Assembly: GCF_000150275.1 (NCBI RefSeq) | Contig: NW_002060948.1 | Coordinates: 1,573,983 to 1,637,982 of the forward strand | Reading direction: 5' to 3' | Origin: Trichoplax adhaerens | Lineage: Eukaryota > Animalia > Placozoa | Length of the DNA stretch: 64,000 nucleotides | In this document: one piece after another, positions 1 to 14,200 of the stretch | How the letters are laid out: the number at the start of each line of letters is the position of its first letter | Numbering within the stretch: position 1 is the stretch's first letter | The notes under the pieces: generated by a model | The model's input: only the letters and a program-made list of their open reading frames with translations | What the model was told of the DNA's origin: nothing | Database searches by the model: none | Position numbers and translations under genes: made by a program

Positions 1-1289
1 GTATTAATATAATCTAAATCAGAGAATCAAATGAATGATTCTAGTTATAATTGTGCATTTGCTAATACATTATAGAAAGTTTAAATGCATAAGTACCTTT
101 AATTTATCTTCACATAACAAACTCTTTCTCGGAACAAAAAACAGGCTAAATTTGACATCGTACTTAGTTCTTGATTTCTTCATTTCACTTTAGGTAAAGT
201 GGAAAATAAAGATTACACGAGTAATGAAAAATTAAGAAATTTTAATTGATAGCATTTACTTACCTAGCAACATTTTCAGCAACCCACTTCATTAAGGATA
301 ACTTGGGTCGAGTGAAAAAGATAATATTTTGTTGATCATGAGGTGGCAAACGTCCAGGCGCCAAAGGGAACATTTTGCGCACTTCTAATTCCTAATTTAG
401 AGATATACTTGATTCAGAAGCTTTGTTTAAATCCCTATTTTTACACGTAAGACCTTTCCTATCAATAACATTTGAATCAGAATAACGAGATCCTAAACTG
501 ATCGCTTTTAGGCTAGTGTCGCGAGTGCATGCAAAAATGGTATAGCAAAGAATTTAGTATGAACTATACTGACCACATTACAGTACAAGCTTTTGCTGAT
601 TACTATGACAATTTTGTACTCGTTTTGTGGCTATTCGATCGTGCTTTTTACGCTTCTACATTTAGTAACAATGTAGATCAAATCTTTTACTAGTATTGAA
701 GTATGTTTTAGTACATGAGAACATAGCATTATCTAGGAATTGCATAGCAAACCTGTAATAGTGAAAATTCGGCAACCAAATCTAGTGGATCAAAGAGATA
801 TTCATCCCAGACAACTGTCTATTAATACCATAATATAAAGTTGGTCAGTAGAATTGACAACTTGCATACCTAGTCACAATATGTAAGACTATCCTTCATT
901 TTGAAAGGCCAATAGTATTATAGTCCATTCTCTTAACAAACATCATTGGCTATATGAACTACAGATACGCTACTCCTTGTACATGTAGGTTATCATTCAT
1001 TCATGATCAGTCAATATACATTAGCATGGTACAGTATATCAAAGAAGACATTGAAAACACCAGTCAATTATGATGACCTACTTCAGAAGCAACACCTAAC
1101 CAATTTCGACGTGAAATACAGTAGCACAATCGACGCTTGCTAACAAGAATTACTTTGCTACTACTATACCTTTGAACCAGGACATTGCCTTAAGCATTCG
1201 CTTAACTCTCTACGAGAAGCATCTCGTACAATGCCTAGATTTACTCTTCCGCTGGTACTTAGATGTGCGAATGAAGAATTAGTAGCCAT
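1..1289 (-). CDS. VPS33A: Vacuolar protein sorting 33A (Sec1/Munc18 family, HOPS/CORVET), 5' part; continues past the window start
   Basis: GT-AG exons 1170-1289, 753-818, 264-391 and 97-187 splice in frame to [40 protein letters not shown]|[22 protein letters not shown]|[43 protein letters not shown]|[30 protein letters not shown], which matches the VPS33A N-terminus (AHLSxGRVNL, VWDEYL, IIFFxRP, FVPRxSLLCE). Confidence 0.95.
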
Positions 1290-1414
1290 GATTATCCGTC
1301 AAGAATAATATCTCTATTAATCAACAGGACTTGCTAGTCTTTGGATGATGATCCTTGGTGTTTTGTTGGCAATCTTCAAGTTATCCCTTTCTTGGACCAT
1401 CCTTTAGCTTAGCG

Positions 1415-1525
1415 TACTGTACCGTGCTGTACTGTACCGTACGTGCGGTTCACTACAGTGCCGACTGCGTATAGTACTGTAAGGTACAGTGCATAGTACT
1501 TACTCTACAGTGCGGTGTACTGTAA
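1415..1525. repeat. (TACTG)n / TACAGTA-rich low-complexity tract upstream of VPS33A
   Basis: Repeated tactgtac, tacagt and ctgtac units directly visible. Confidence 0.75.
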
Positions 1526-2448
1526 CCTGTTTCTTCAATACACCGTAACTGGAGTAAGAAAACGCTCCAAAATATCTCACAAGTCCATGATAAAAACCAT
1601 GCGTTTGCGATCCATTTCCTACAAATTGATGCAAAAATCGCCATATTGAATGCAAGGGATCGCGTTGTACTGTACACAGCAGTACAAACACATATTTTTC
1701 TCTTTTCTGCTACTGCACTGTACTTTTCTCTGTAAATCTGTGACAATTTGAATCTGTCTATTAGTACTCCTACTGTAGATCGAAGCTGTCTCTTGAATAC
1801 GTCACAAGTTAGAACCATTAGACTGGACACTGGACAGTGGACGCTGGATTCGGATGGTCGGACATTTCGACGTCATATTCCGGGCATTGCAGTGTAAATA
1901 TGATGTCATTCATGAAGCCGGATGCTCGATCCTGTAAGTTGCTTATTCTGCTAAATTAGGTAATACTATATTGAAATCTATTTTACCAAGTTTTGCTTAA
2001 AAGCAGTTGCTGTATACTATGTCTAAAATGTTTCTGAATGAGTAGAAGTGATTAAGAAAAATAGATACAGAAGATCCATATTAAGTTTAATATACGCGTG
2101 TATGTCATATATACTCGTGTTAATAACTCATTCTTCGATATTTTGGCCGTATTTGTACATCTAGTAGCACCTGCTGTACGGCCCCGCCAAGAGCATGCCT
2201 TCTCTCTCTTCAATTCTTTGCTGAAAATATTGAACTGCTGTACAGTATACAGCAGTTCCATTCATCAATAAGTCTTAGTGAGGAAAAACGCTTTACTGTC
2301 TGAAAATTAAATTGCATTAATGTTTATTGTGGTACTCTTCTACGTTACTGCAATTCAAACAAGAAAATATTCTAGCTAAAAATGAGTCTAAAATGTCGGA
2401 TTATAACAGCGGCAATAGAATACATAAAGCATCATAAATCGTAGTAAC

Positions 2449-2650
2449 AACGGTATGGGCAAATAGTCAATTACTCGGGATTTTGGGTAATAATACACTC
2501 GAGTACAGTCATTAGCAATTTATCAAATATGGTATATAAATTACTATAGAACGGCTTGGGTCCACAATTCAATTCTTCGGGATTTGGGGTAGTAATGCAC
2601 CCGAGTACAATCACTAACAATTTACCAAATGTGCTATAAATTACTATATA
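2449..2650. repeat. Two diverged tandem copies of a ~101-bp unit, each containing a short hairpin
   Basis: aacgg..tcgggattt(t/g)gggta..a(c/t)gcac(t/c)cgagtaca..aaattactata-like blocks start at 2449 and 2550. Confidence 0.8.
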
Positions 2651-3086
2651 AGCACGATGACGACAATTGTAAAAGTATTATTTCAAGTTGAAAGTAAACT
2701 TGTGACACTACTGACTTTTTAATGATATTTAATTTTCTATATTCTAGTGGCTTACCATACCATGTAAAGTAACTAATTTAACTAATAGCGATTAAACATT
2801 AGTAGCGGAGTCTTCAGGTCTATCTAGAAAGAATGCAGTAGAATTTCATGATAAATCTTGCCGATAAGTTAATTATGCTATATAGCATTATTACACGCGT
2901 CAAAAGAAAGATTTAAACTGGTATTCTATTAAATATAATTTCTTACTATCAACCTAGCATGAAGACGCTTTATTAACGTCGAAAGTAAGCTTAATTGAAG
3001 CACCGAATAATCAGATTTAACGTCGTAAATTCTTTCTCATTATCAAGTCACTACAAAATATTTTCAAAAGAATAGCAGGTACTTTG

Positions 3087-5569
3087 TTAGTGAGAGATAA
3101 TACGTTGTAAAACAATTTTTACGTAAAATGTGTCGTCTTTGATATAACGCCGATCTTGTAATACTTTATGAGATACAAATGTTGAACTACCAAAACTTAA
3201 ATTAGCGTCGTTTTCTGGTCTAGAAAAGAATTTAGCATTCGCTGCAGTATATTCAGGTATAATGCTATAAGAAATATTTTCCCTGTCTGATACATTATCG
3301 CTTTGATCAACAAGTTCAAAAGTTGTCTTGTATTCATATGGCCAAGACAAAACTCCATCATATTCACCCTTAAGTAAATGAACAAAGATAGATACATGCG
3401 TCGATTTACCATTGCCATCACCATTTGGATACATTAATGCGCATAATTTATAGCCATGTCGGTGGCTATAAAAAGGATCGCTTATTAAGATAGAGTGACT
3501 TTTCGAATGTCGAGCATTATCCAACTTCTGGCTGAATTTATTAATTCTCCAAACATAGCTAGTATCCATTGATTTCTTTAATTCCATTATCTTTTTACAT
3601 TGGTCTGCGATTATTTCATGCTGTTGAGCAACTTTATCTCTTTGCCTATCTAATAAGGATTTTAATAGTATCAGATGATTAATCGCATCTTTACGAAAAT
3701 GTTTTTTCATGCTTCCTCTTTCAGCCTTGAATATGATATAGGGATAATTAAAGGTTTTAAATGTTACATAAGTCGCATATTTTGTTTCGATTAATAGTAA
3801 ATAGTGAATATTACTTTTTACTTTGAAAAAGAAGATTAAAATTCTAATTAAATTATTGCATAATCGCAAAAGTTCTGTCGTACCCTATAATTACAGCCAT
3901 CTTTCTGAAACGGGCAATCAACAATGACATACTGGCATTGCGAGTCAATATGTTCTTGCAACTAAGGAACGGCCAAGTTAGTAAAAATACACCATAACTA
4001 GATGGACTATCATAAAGTTATACCTTTCCACGAGGTACTTCATCGCATTCATGATCGATGGGACACTGGACAGGAAATTCATCGCATTGATCCCAGTGAG
4101 ACTACATTTTATTCCGTGATTACAACAATATCGTCTACGATTAATCCTTATGCAATCTCGTATCTGCGAAATAATACACGCATTAAACCTATCCATATTG
4201 AAATATATGTAAATTACTTCCATATTCCTTGCTTCTATTCTGTTTTCGCAAAATTGGCATCGGATGATTCTATATTGACAATGATTTTGTACGTGATCAT
4301 CCAAGCTGCAATCATTGATTCTCTCGCCACAGTTGTGGGGACATTGGATACTTTGAAATTTGCATTCGTCAGATAAATGCCTCTTTTAGATAAGTAACAG
4401 GAAACAGATTAATACTTATAAAAGTCGACTTTTGCCATATTGTAAAGAAATGATAAGGTACTTTAGATAAGTAATCAATCAATCGTGATCAAGATGAATC
4501 TCTAAACTGGAATCGAGACTGATTGGTATCACTTGATAACTGAATGTTAAAGTCTGGCATTGTAAGGTGGTGATATGATACCGAAGTTACCTGAAATTGA
4601 TTATAAGTGCCCTGCCACACACAACCTATATTCCTATTTGCACACTGTACTTGTAGCTTTGCTATTCGTTGTTGTAATTCCGTATCAACTTCACACTATC
4701 AGTTTCATATATTTCATACATGGTATGACCAATACGATAGAAAAAGGATAAAAGACTTTGTTACATTAATATTAAATAAATATGATTAATTTAATCTACA
4801 CTTAAGTAAGTAATAACGAAATTAAATTTATAGCGATAGTTTTCTAACTTCCTCTTCCACAATGTTTATTCCATCGACAGGACACTGTTGGCGATCTCTG
4901 TTTATTAAACAATTTTCTATGAGATAACATGAAAAACTATCGTAATAACTTATGCTCATGTCTGAAATAAACTTACTGCATAGGCCATTAGTATCATTTA
5001 TCAGGGACTTCTCGATTTTTTACGTGTGGTAAAAATTGAGAAGTCCCTGTACTTATCATTAAAACTGACACCATATAGCGCTCAAAATCAATATTTTTTA
5101 ATGTTTATTACATTTCTTTAAACAATAAAAATTAGCGAATCGCTTGGAGACTAAATACAAAATTGATACTCCCTCAGGTATAAAATCATCAAGTTTCATT
5201 GGATGTCGTATAGCACTACGGCTGGAAGGCTCATTAATGCATATAGTATAAAAATTGTAATTTCAGAAGAAAGTAAAATTTTGGATAGGTTTATATACAA
5301 TTTGTTCTATACTATAATTAAAATAATTACAATGAAGAATTGAAAGAATACTACTGTATAAATTAAGGGTAAGTATTTGAAACCTAATAATTACATACGC
5401 ATATGTCACAGTCTCATGGTAATAATTACCTAAGAAGTTGTTGCAAACAGCTTTTACAGGAACTGTGATCACAAGATGAAAACAGGAATGGCTCAGTCAT
5501 AACTTCATTGCAAACGGGACAAATATAGACTTTCTTCAGCTTGTTAACGAAATACGGACGACATTCCAT
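3087..5569 (-). CDS. TNF receptor-associated factor (TRAF4/TRAF6-like): RING, TRAF zinc fingers, coiled coil, MATH domain; 7 exons
   Basis: Exon 1 (5430-5569) gives MECRPYFVNKLKKVYICPVCNEVMTEPFLFSSCDHSSCKSCLQQLL; the next exon supplies QCPVDG, completing a C3HC3D RING. Zinc-finger exons read CKFQSIQCPHNC..HVQNHCQYRIIRCQFC, SHWDQCDEFPVQCP and HIDSQCQYVIVDCPFQKDGC. The last exon (3087-3725) is a MATH domain: YVWRINKF, SDPFYSHRHGYKLC, YPNGDGNGKSTHVSIF, GEYDGVLSWPY, YIKDDT. Confidence 0.93.
5002..5049. repeat. Near-perfect inverted repeat (hairpin) in intron 1 of TRAF-like gene 1
   Basis: CAGGGACTTCTCGATTTTTTAC-gtgtg-GTAAAAATTGAGAAGTCCCTG; the outer 12-bp stem is perfect. Confidence 0.85.
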
Positions 5570-8500
5570 TTTTTGCTTTTTACTCGCGGATATAATTATA
5601 TTATTGATAAAGATTATGCTGAAAATGTTATGATATGAATCTGCATCGATTTTATCCACCGTAACGCTGATGAAACCCTATTCAACTATGGTAGACACAA
5701 TGAACATAAATTCTAACGCTAGTAGTAATTCTTGAAAAGCTAGTATGCATCAAATAAAATGTAAAGCATAAAATCACCCAATTATGCATGCTGTACGCTG
5801 GCGTAAAAGTTCGATCATTGTCATAGATACATTTAATTTCTTTTACTTAAATTTTTTTATTTAGTATACCTATTCAAAGGTTCCTTAGTTGCGTATTAAT
5901 ATTTAATAAGGTAACTAAGTACTATTATTATTGCTGAATGAGGCTTATCATGACATCATTAATGAATTTTAAAAAATTAATTTATACAATAAGTGCCTAT
6001 ACTTGTAGATTATGTAACTAGCTAACTCTATAAGTATATATGTAGCTCTTGATACAGTATTTCACCTTACTAATGTACTGGTCTACTTTATTTGTTTCAC
6101 TATTTCGAATTTTCTCTATATCATTAAATAACGAATGATGTATCACCTACGGATAATGGAATAGAAACAGTTATTCACGATAAACACTAAAAGTGCTTGC
6201 CCTAAATATTGGACGTTTGGTTATTTATTCCATGTATTAAGGTTCCACCGCTTACCTATGACATATTAAATTTTTCTAGTTCCAATGTTGCTTTTACAAC
6301 TTACACTTTACATGGATAGCCAAAATTTATTAGAGAAAATGGTCCTGAAATCGAATTCATCCTTTCCCAATAGGCCTCAATCGTAATCACTCGTTCATTT
6401 ACAATTTTGCTTAGAGCGAACTTTCGTCAAAGCACTACAGATTCTTAGATGGTATCTAATTGAAGATATTGTACATTACTGTATTCTACAATTGCTTTCT
6501 AGTCACTAAAATTTTCACTATTTTATTGTTGGCCCATAGGGGTATATCTAGAAGTTATAGTTAGGGATCAATAACTGAAAGTGTTATCGCTAGAATATAC
6601 ACAATATCATTCTTTGTATTAAGAAAATTGTAATGTCAGGAGCATGTGTACTGCTGCATAATGTAGTCCTCAAAGATTAACTTTCATGAGATCCATTCTG
6701 CTTCAATGAGCGGGTATAAGCTAGTACAAGTAATAAAAAATAATAAAAGAACGACTGGAGTGCGTCTGTGACTACGAAGGCATAAATATTAATTGTAAAT
6801 ATCGATCTATACGATGTTGCTATCAGTAATATCCGTATTAAATAATAACGAATTATAGTTTGTTAAAAAAATCAGGCTTTACCAATCAAAGAAGTAAATT
6901 TGTTTGTTTCATAGAGAATCTAACATCATTAACATTGAATACTATAGCATCAGGTACCTCTTCAATTAACCTTTGCAGGACCAACATTTAGTTTAATTTA
7001 TTTTCAATTCACAGCTTACTGCAGCTTGGGCAATACCAACGTCAATAACGTCAAAGAGAATTAAAGATTACGATCAAATTGAATTATTTAGTATACGAAG
7101 GTGTGATAATGAAAGTTCTATAAAAATAATAATTGACGATACTATATACCATACTTTATCACGGGGTATTTTCTCCTAACTGATTTCTTTTGAAATGCAT
7201 TGAGGCCGATACGGCTACATTCAAGGACAAAAATTGAGCCTGAAGCAATATTTACGTCGATAATTATAATGATGCCCACCGTGAAAATAGAAATTGAAAT
7301 AGGACTTTTTGTTATAGTTATTAGTCATTACTGATGTTGCTTTCGTGACACTTTTTGTGGCCTTTGCGAATGTAGTCGTATCCCATCTACACTCTCTAGT
7401 ACTTCATGAATTAAAATTACACTTTTATTGCAATAGTAGTAGATTTCGATTCAAATATGAGCTCAATGTAACTTACTTGGCAGAATAGTCTGTGGCTATG
7501 AATATTTGTGGCTTTTTATCGTTCAGATAGATATCGCATTATAAGCAAGTATAAAATTAAACTGTAACGCCTAAAAGGAAGATAATATCAGTCAAATTAA
7601 TAACTCAACTACCTTGCCTAAGAGTTCAACTAGCATTTAACCTAAGAGGCCATGACTTAAATTTATGCTGGGGATAAAGAGTCGGAATCAGAGCACGCAG
7701 AAGGTTCCCAAAAGCTTAAATTACAGGCTGTCTATTTTGAAATCTTATGTAATGTAAAACACCAGAATAATAAATTACAGACTGTCCTGGATGCCACACT
7801 TAATATTTGACAGTATAGTAGGGTAGTACGACGTATAATCTATCCAATTTTATTATCATACGAATCCTATTCGTCTCTGTATACAGGCACTTGCATATAA
7901 ACTTTACTTGCATCAGGTTAATGTTATAGGATTACAAATAGATGACTACAGATTTTGGCTCTCGCATGATTCATTTCAGTTAATTTTATGCGCTCAAAGG
8001 GCTGGAATGTGCGCAAACGTAACATTGGATATGCATATCAATGTCTTACAGCCAGCTGATAATTGATTATTCTGATGTTTTACATTACATCAGATTTTTA
8101 AATAGACAAATTTCAAGTGTCTTGATAACTGCAGTTGCAAATTCATTACTTACAGTAGATTTTACCGTCATTGCATAATCATACTAAAGATTTCTGCAAA
8201 CCCTCAAATTCTGCATCACGCTAAGGTTATAACGATACCCATTCAGAGTATAATAGATTGAATTTCAGTTCGCGAGTAAAACATGCCTAGATTAAAATCC
8301 GATTTTCAAGGAGCTACCATGGACAATTTTATAAGGTATGAAATAATAAAATTTGTTTTCAGTATTATTCTCAAAGTTAGGATAAATTATACTCCCCATA
8401 CAACTCTGTATTTTAAGACGATTTTGGTTTGCTCACTCTATTAACAGCGATCCTAGGAGGACTGAAATTATTTCAATTGCCGTAAGTAATCTGTCATTGA

Positions 8501-9966
8501 GAAATCTTACTGACCGGTACAATACAAATCTTTGCAGTCTATTATTATAACTAAACAGGATTAAGTACACACAAGACTAAGAATTGTAACTCTGCGATAC
8601 TTTTTTCCTTAAACACAAGCGATAATATAGCTTTGTAAACAATATCAGATTCAAATATAGAAAAATTAACGGAAAAATGAAAGTTGTTCTATTTGCTTCA
8701 ACCCACGCATTTTCACCATCTCAGATTCATTTTTAATGCCGGATAATATTCTCTATGTTATATAAATTAATTTAAGGTATCCTAATAGATATTAGCGCAT
8801 CCGGTGTTGTGTTTTCTTTTTACAAAATTAAGTCTCAAAGTATAAATTTTACTTAAGTTTTACAATCAATGTATGGTAGCATGCCTTAGAACATCTGAAT
8901 GTACAACTGTTAATACTTAGTAATACCTAAAATCGGATATCTTTGCGTCTGAAAAGTTAATTGGAAGTTTATACTCTGTCTAAAATAATGCTGCACAGTT
9001 AATAAATCGAATATTTATATTATTTAATAAGGAATTAACATTCTTTGAGGATAAAATATATTTACTTTACTTACAGTAGTATCAGATTTCTTTCAGACAC
9101 AAGCTATAACTTATACTTTGTACCTTTAAATCGTTAAAAGATTTTATTTGTTGCAATGTAAAGCTGATACTTAAACCATTTATGAGTGATTACAGCACGT
9201 TAAAGATTGTAGAAACATAAATATATTATTGGAAAGGGTAATATTATTACCCTGAGCATAATATATGCTCTTAATCTCTTTGCCACGAAGTTAGTTATCT
9301 AAAATAACTGACTTCAGTATTAATGCTTCAATAGAATGAGCGGTAGATCAGCAGAAATACTGTATATTCAAAAAAAATTCACTCTGCCTTACAATAACAT
9401 TAAATATGCATAATTGCTTCTATGAATTTACTAGAGATCGACAATTTTGCGATAATGTTAATAATATACAACAATTCTGCAGAAGAAATAACACCAGGAG
9501 GAAATTAAGTATTCTAATTTTCTACTGCAAATAATCTTTATCTACTGACCAATATATTAATGCATTCTAATAAATCCACTACAACAAAGGTGTGAGCAGA
9601 CAGAGTATAAATAGTATCTTTTACGTAATAAATAGTGTATGAGAAACAACATACGATAGATATTCAAATCTAATCTTTCTGTATTCAATCATTTATATTA
9701 GAAATCTTAATATAACGCTTTAATCATGATAAAAACTTGATAACAAGTAAAGCATCGATATAGTCTGTGATTATATGTATAAGGTTGAGGTATAATATAC
9801 GTCCTTAGGCAGGAAAATCTTATGCAATTTCATATTAATTTAGTGCCATCAGCTTGATCTTGGTGTTAGATGTAACTACATCTATCGATGTAAATTAATA
9901 CCAATGTGGATAGTAATGCAAATACGCTGTAATGTCGTGTTTAAATATGATTAGATTATTTTCACT

Positions 9967-11280
9967 TTACTGCTGTCCTGCTAACGACGGACAAGAAAAC
10001 TTGCAGTTAAACTGCATAATCTCACATAGAGGTTGTAAACCGTCCGGTTTAATTTCAGTATTCCTGAATACGGAACTATGACATGTTCTCCGACAGTCTT
10101 TATTAAATCGAAGTCGACACGGAAACTTTTCTAATAATTCTAGTCATATAATGATAATGATAATTAAACAAAGTATGAATGAGTACTGATACAAGTACAT
10201 TTAGGCGTCTAATAAAATGAATATTAATATTAAGCCTTAAACTATATTGTTATAATCATATAATAATTACCTTTAACTTTTATTTTCTTATCAATTTTAA
10301 GACGTGCACTATATACTTTCCCTTCAGTGCACCGATCACTTATTTCCGGAATTTCAATAAAAGAGCCGGTATAAGGTTGCAGCGTTACGTAATTGGTCTG
10401 CAATAAAGGTCGGTAGGTTACATAGGTTTTAAAATAATTAAAACTTTGTAGTTCTATAAAGTAAATGGGAGCTAATTTCTATCGAGATTTTAAGGGAAGG
10501 TAGACTTAAATATTTAGAATCAGCCTGAGAAGTAGATAAAATTTAACTTACCAAGATGGCTGCTAATGTTATTTTCCTTGCCTTGTCTAAGAAATTTACT
10601 GTAGACCTGAGCCTATCATATGAAATGAGAATACAAGCTTCACTGTGATTGATTTTAGTTGCGGATATTCCCTATAAAAATAAGAACGTTAACGAAAACA
10701 ACATGAGATTGTTTATTAAGCCTATTAGGTAACATATATTATCATTTCATAAGCAATAAATTGTTGTCGTTATCGAGATATCATGGGTAGATACACCCGT
10801 AATAGTATAAACGCTGTATAAAAGGGTAATGAAGCGACATAAAAATTGCTGATTGTACTGTAGTCTGGGTAAAATAAGTCCACCATTAAGTACTGTACAT
10901 AGATATAATCGAGTGTCGATATGCATGTGTTTAAAGAGATAATAATTGAGATTATTAGAATAAAGTTTGTAATTTTAAAATTTCCTAGGATGAACCTACT
11001 TGTTATTTTAAATTATCAATATTACATTTCCTAATCCTAACAATTTTCATTATCGATGATTTTATAGCTGAATTTGATGAAAGAAATCAATTACCTCCTT
11101 TACGGCATTTATTATTAGATTGTTAAACGCATAATTTCTCAAAAGGAGTAAATCTTTATTACTTTACTGAGATATTAATACTACAGGAAGGTCACTATTT
11201 CATATTCAAATTATTGTATAGTGTATTATAGTGTTAATATAATCATTACCGAAGGCTCAGAATATTGTTAATGTTAATAA
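9967..11280 (-). CDS. Cys-motif family member A (3' exons; 5' end unresolved), unknown function
   Basis: Exons 10552-10671 (GISATKINHSEACILISYDRLRSTVNFLDKARKITLAAIL), 10271-10397 (TNYVTLQPYTGSFIEIPEISDRCTEGKVYSARLKIDKKIKVK) and 9967-10130 (EKFPCRLRFNKDCRRTCHSSVFRNTEIKPDGLQPLCEIMQFNCKFSCPSLAGQQ*) have good GT-AG sites and compatible phases. Upstream micro-exons 11095-11137 (weak GAG acceptor) and 11250-11280 also fit. Confidence 0.7.
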
Positions 11281-14200
11281 CTGAATGTTACATCAAATTG
11301 ATAAATATGGCAACATGATCAAGCGGCCCAAATTGTAAAAGCATAAATAGTTCGATGTCATGTCTACCATAATTAACGTTAATCGAGCATTGCATCATCT
11401 AATACCGGTACCGATAATTATTAATTAACTTTATTACTAAAGATCGAAAATGTACGAATTTACTATCACACTAATGTATCTTTATAAAATAATAGATTTT
11501 AGCGGTAATATGTTGATATAAAACGATAATGCAAACTCAATCTTGGTGTTTCAAAAATAAGAAATTAAAAATTAAAACTTTTAAAGGGAACGTATTAGAT
11601 AAAAACGATAAGCCCATGATTGCATCACTTTTACTTATTTCAGTCAATTGAACATTCTCAAGAAATGTGCCATATAGCATTTTTATAAATTCTTTAAAAA
11701 AGTTAAAAATGAACGTTGTTTATGACATCTACTTAGTTATATGCTGAACGAATTAATTAATCCAGGATGCAATTATCTGCAAACAAAAACTGATCCCCCA
11801 ATTAACCAAAAGTGTTAGTATAGTTTTATCTCATATTCTTGCGCTGTTTCTTATTAGCCCGTAATTTTTTGTCTCACAGGATACTATACTACAAAAACTG
11901 TAAGGATCATTTTCTATCAGGCATCACTAATTAAACGTCTATTTCCTCCTCCCACCCACACGTATTGACGTGTCCATATTATGTTGCACAAAGCCAGGCA
12001 ATTATTTTTCCCTAAAAAACAACGATGAATATCTTAACCCACATGTTGAGATATTTCGGTACTGCTATCGATTAATTATTTTCGGATCACATTAACCACA
12101 TATGGTCAATATACCTTCGATACGGATGCTACCCTAAGTTTCATTAAGTATGACCCCCAGATTGAAGAAGATACAATAGAAAAATTACTGTCAAAATTTG
12201 AGATTGTATTTCATCGGTAAATTCAATCAAAAACGGCTAGGATCAAATGAGATAAATCGCAACATGATAGAATGTATGATACAATCAAATCATTAAGTTT
12301 TACGACGGGGGTTTGATCAATCATATGAATAACTTAACCGATGTATATATTGAAAAAGTCACTTCCATTATTTGAGTTATCCGATACTATTGATATTAGC
12401 AGTAAATATAATACAAATTTAATAGCATACAGGACAATCGGTTAATTAATTACATAATCCACACATAGTTTCTACTGATGTAAAATAAAAAAATAAACTC
12501 TCGTCGTTAAAAATAAGAGATGTTTTGAAACAAACATATGGTAAATAACAGTGTAATTTAAGTCCAAACTTTGAATTTCTTGTAAAAAGAATATACTCTT
12601 ACGTAAGTATAGCAAATGCATGACTACAATAGGAAATTAACGACTTGCTTAAAATGTTGTAAGCACGTGCATATATAAATGTAATAGCTTTGACGCGGAT
12701 TTATCATTAAAGAAAGGAGCTTTGTTTGTCACTTATAAGTAGCATGTAATACTGTCGATAAGAAATCCATGAATGACACTGTAGACTTGTGAATAGATGG
12801 CAATTACTTAGTTTATTCCTAAACTACTTGCCTGGTTGAAACAGGAATAAAACCATAGTACATCGTTTATCCAATAAAGTAAGAAATAATGATTAGGCTG
12901 TACTAACGATTCAACTAATAGAGCAAATACTTACATCCTTATTTACTTCACTTTCGCAAAACTTTGAAGTATGAAAACAATTCTAATTTTGATTTATAGC
13001 TTAATATACATGAAAAAACGTAAACGGTTACGATCAGGAAAGAAAGCAATATTCCTTTCAAAGCTAGTAAATGACAGAGGAAGTAAAAATGTCAACTATC
13101 CGAAAGGGTGTGCCGATTATTACAACAGAGCTAATCAATTAATGGAATATCTATAAAATGGTAATTGTCCATGAAGTTGTGCGAACAATAATTAAGAATG
13201 AAAATTATGATGACTACGTTGCCGGAACCATAACCCTTATGTTTTAATTAAACGGAAATGAAAAATTGTACAGCACTATTATGATGTATGATACCACCCC
13301 TTAGCATTATACGGTCTCTATATTTCTGAAGGTAATTTATTAATTATTATTATCAATCCATACAGAAAAGTAACTAGAATCTTGGATAATAAAATAATCT
13401 ATCTCATTGATAGTTAAATTATTCATTGTACATACATTCTATTTAGTAGTACTGCTTAGTACCGCGCAACGTCGGACGATATAATCAGAAAAAATAAAAA
13501 AATAAGCCCTTAGTTATTGTAGGTCTTTATGGAGCAGGTTAAACGTATGAATGCATTAATAAATATAAAGTATTAATATATCTTGTAGATAAATCATTAA
13601 TCTGATATTAAACCATGTAAATTAAAGATATCATCAAATTGTGCGTTTTGAATATTAATAGGTTAATATCGATACTAGATTTAAACTGAAATCTTTTTGT
13701 ATTGTATTTCTTTCATTATGCCCTTTAATTTTCACCTTAAAGTCTTATATAGAGAGTAATTGCGCTATTACTTATATATGCGTATTTTAACGATTGGCAC
13801 AACCAGCAAAATATATCACAAGTACCTATGGTGTGTCGAAATACTATGAGACAAACTCAAACAAATTATTGAAAATGTCACGTACATAAATCCGGTTGAT
13901 CGTTTTCGATGATTTTATTATCAAACTGTAACAATATCAACCAGACATTAGATCATGAATAATTATGTTGCCTTCATAATAATTGCCTTCAATTAATCTT
14001 ATATAGCATTACCAGCCATATACAGTAATGAGAATGAAGGTTTCAGAAATAATAATATATGAAATGAATTGATTAATACCTTGAATTAAAATTAAGAATC
14101 ATGATTTAAGAAATAGTACGTCTGTCTGCTTTAATTATTAGTACTATATCACTATCTGCTTTAATTATAATTACTATATCACGATAATGTATAAAAATAA

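Noticed and set aside
1453-2261. ORFs of 63-125 aa upstream of VPS33A
   Set aside because: Largely translations of TACTG-rich promoter sequence (YSTV/LYC words); no domain or splice support.
4002-4376. 124-aa plus-strand ORF
   Set aside because: Antisense shadow of TRAF zinc-finger exons.
7228-7400. Minus-strand open frame ending ..KKSYFNFYFHGGHHYNYRRKYCFRLNFCP*, sharing SYFNF with the 16466 ORF
   Set aside because: No convincing upstream exon, and SYFNF at 16.5 kb is probably not the translated frame.
11095-11280. Leucine-rich-repeat reading of NNILSLRNYAFNNL
   Set aside because: A single LRR-like unit with no further repeats and none of the regular 72-nt exons typical of LRR genes.
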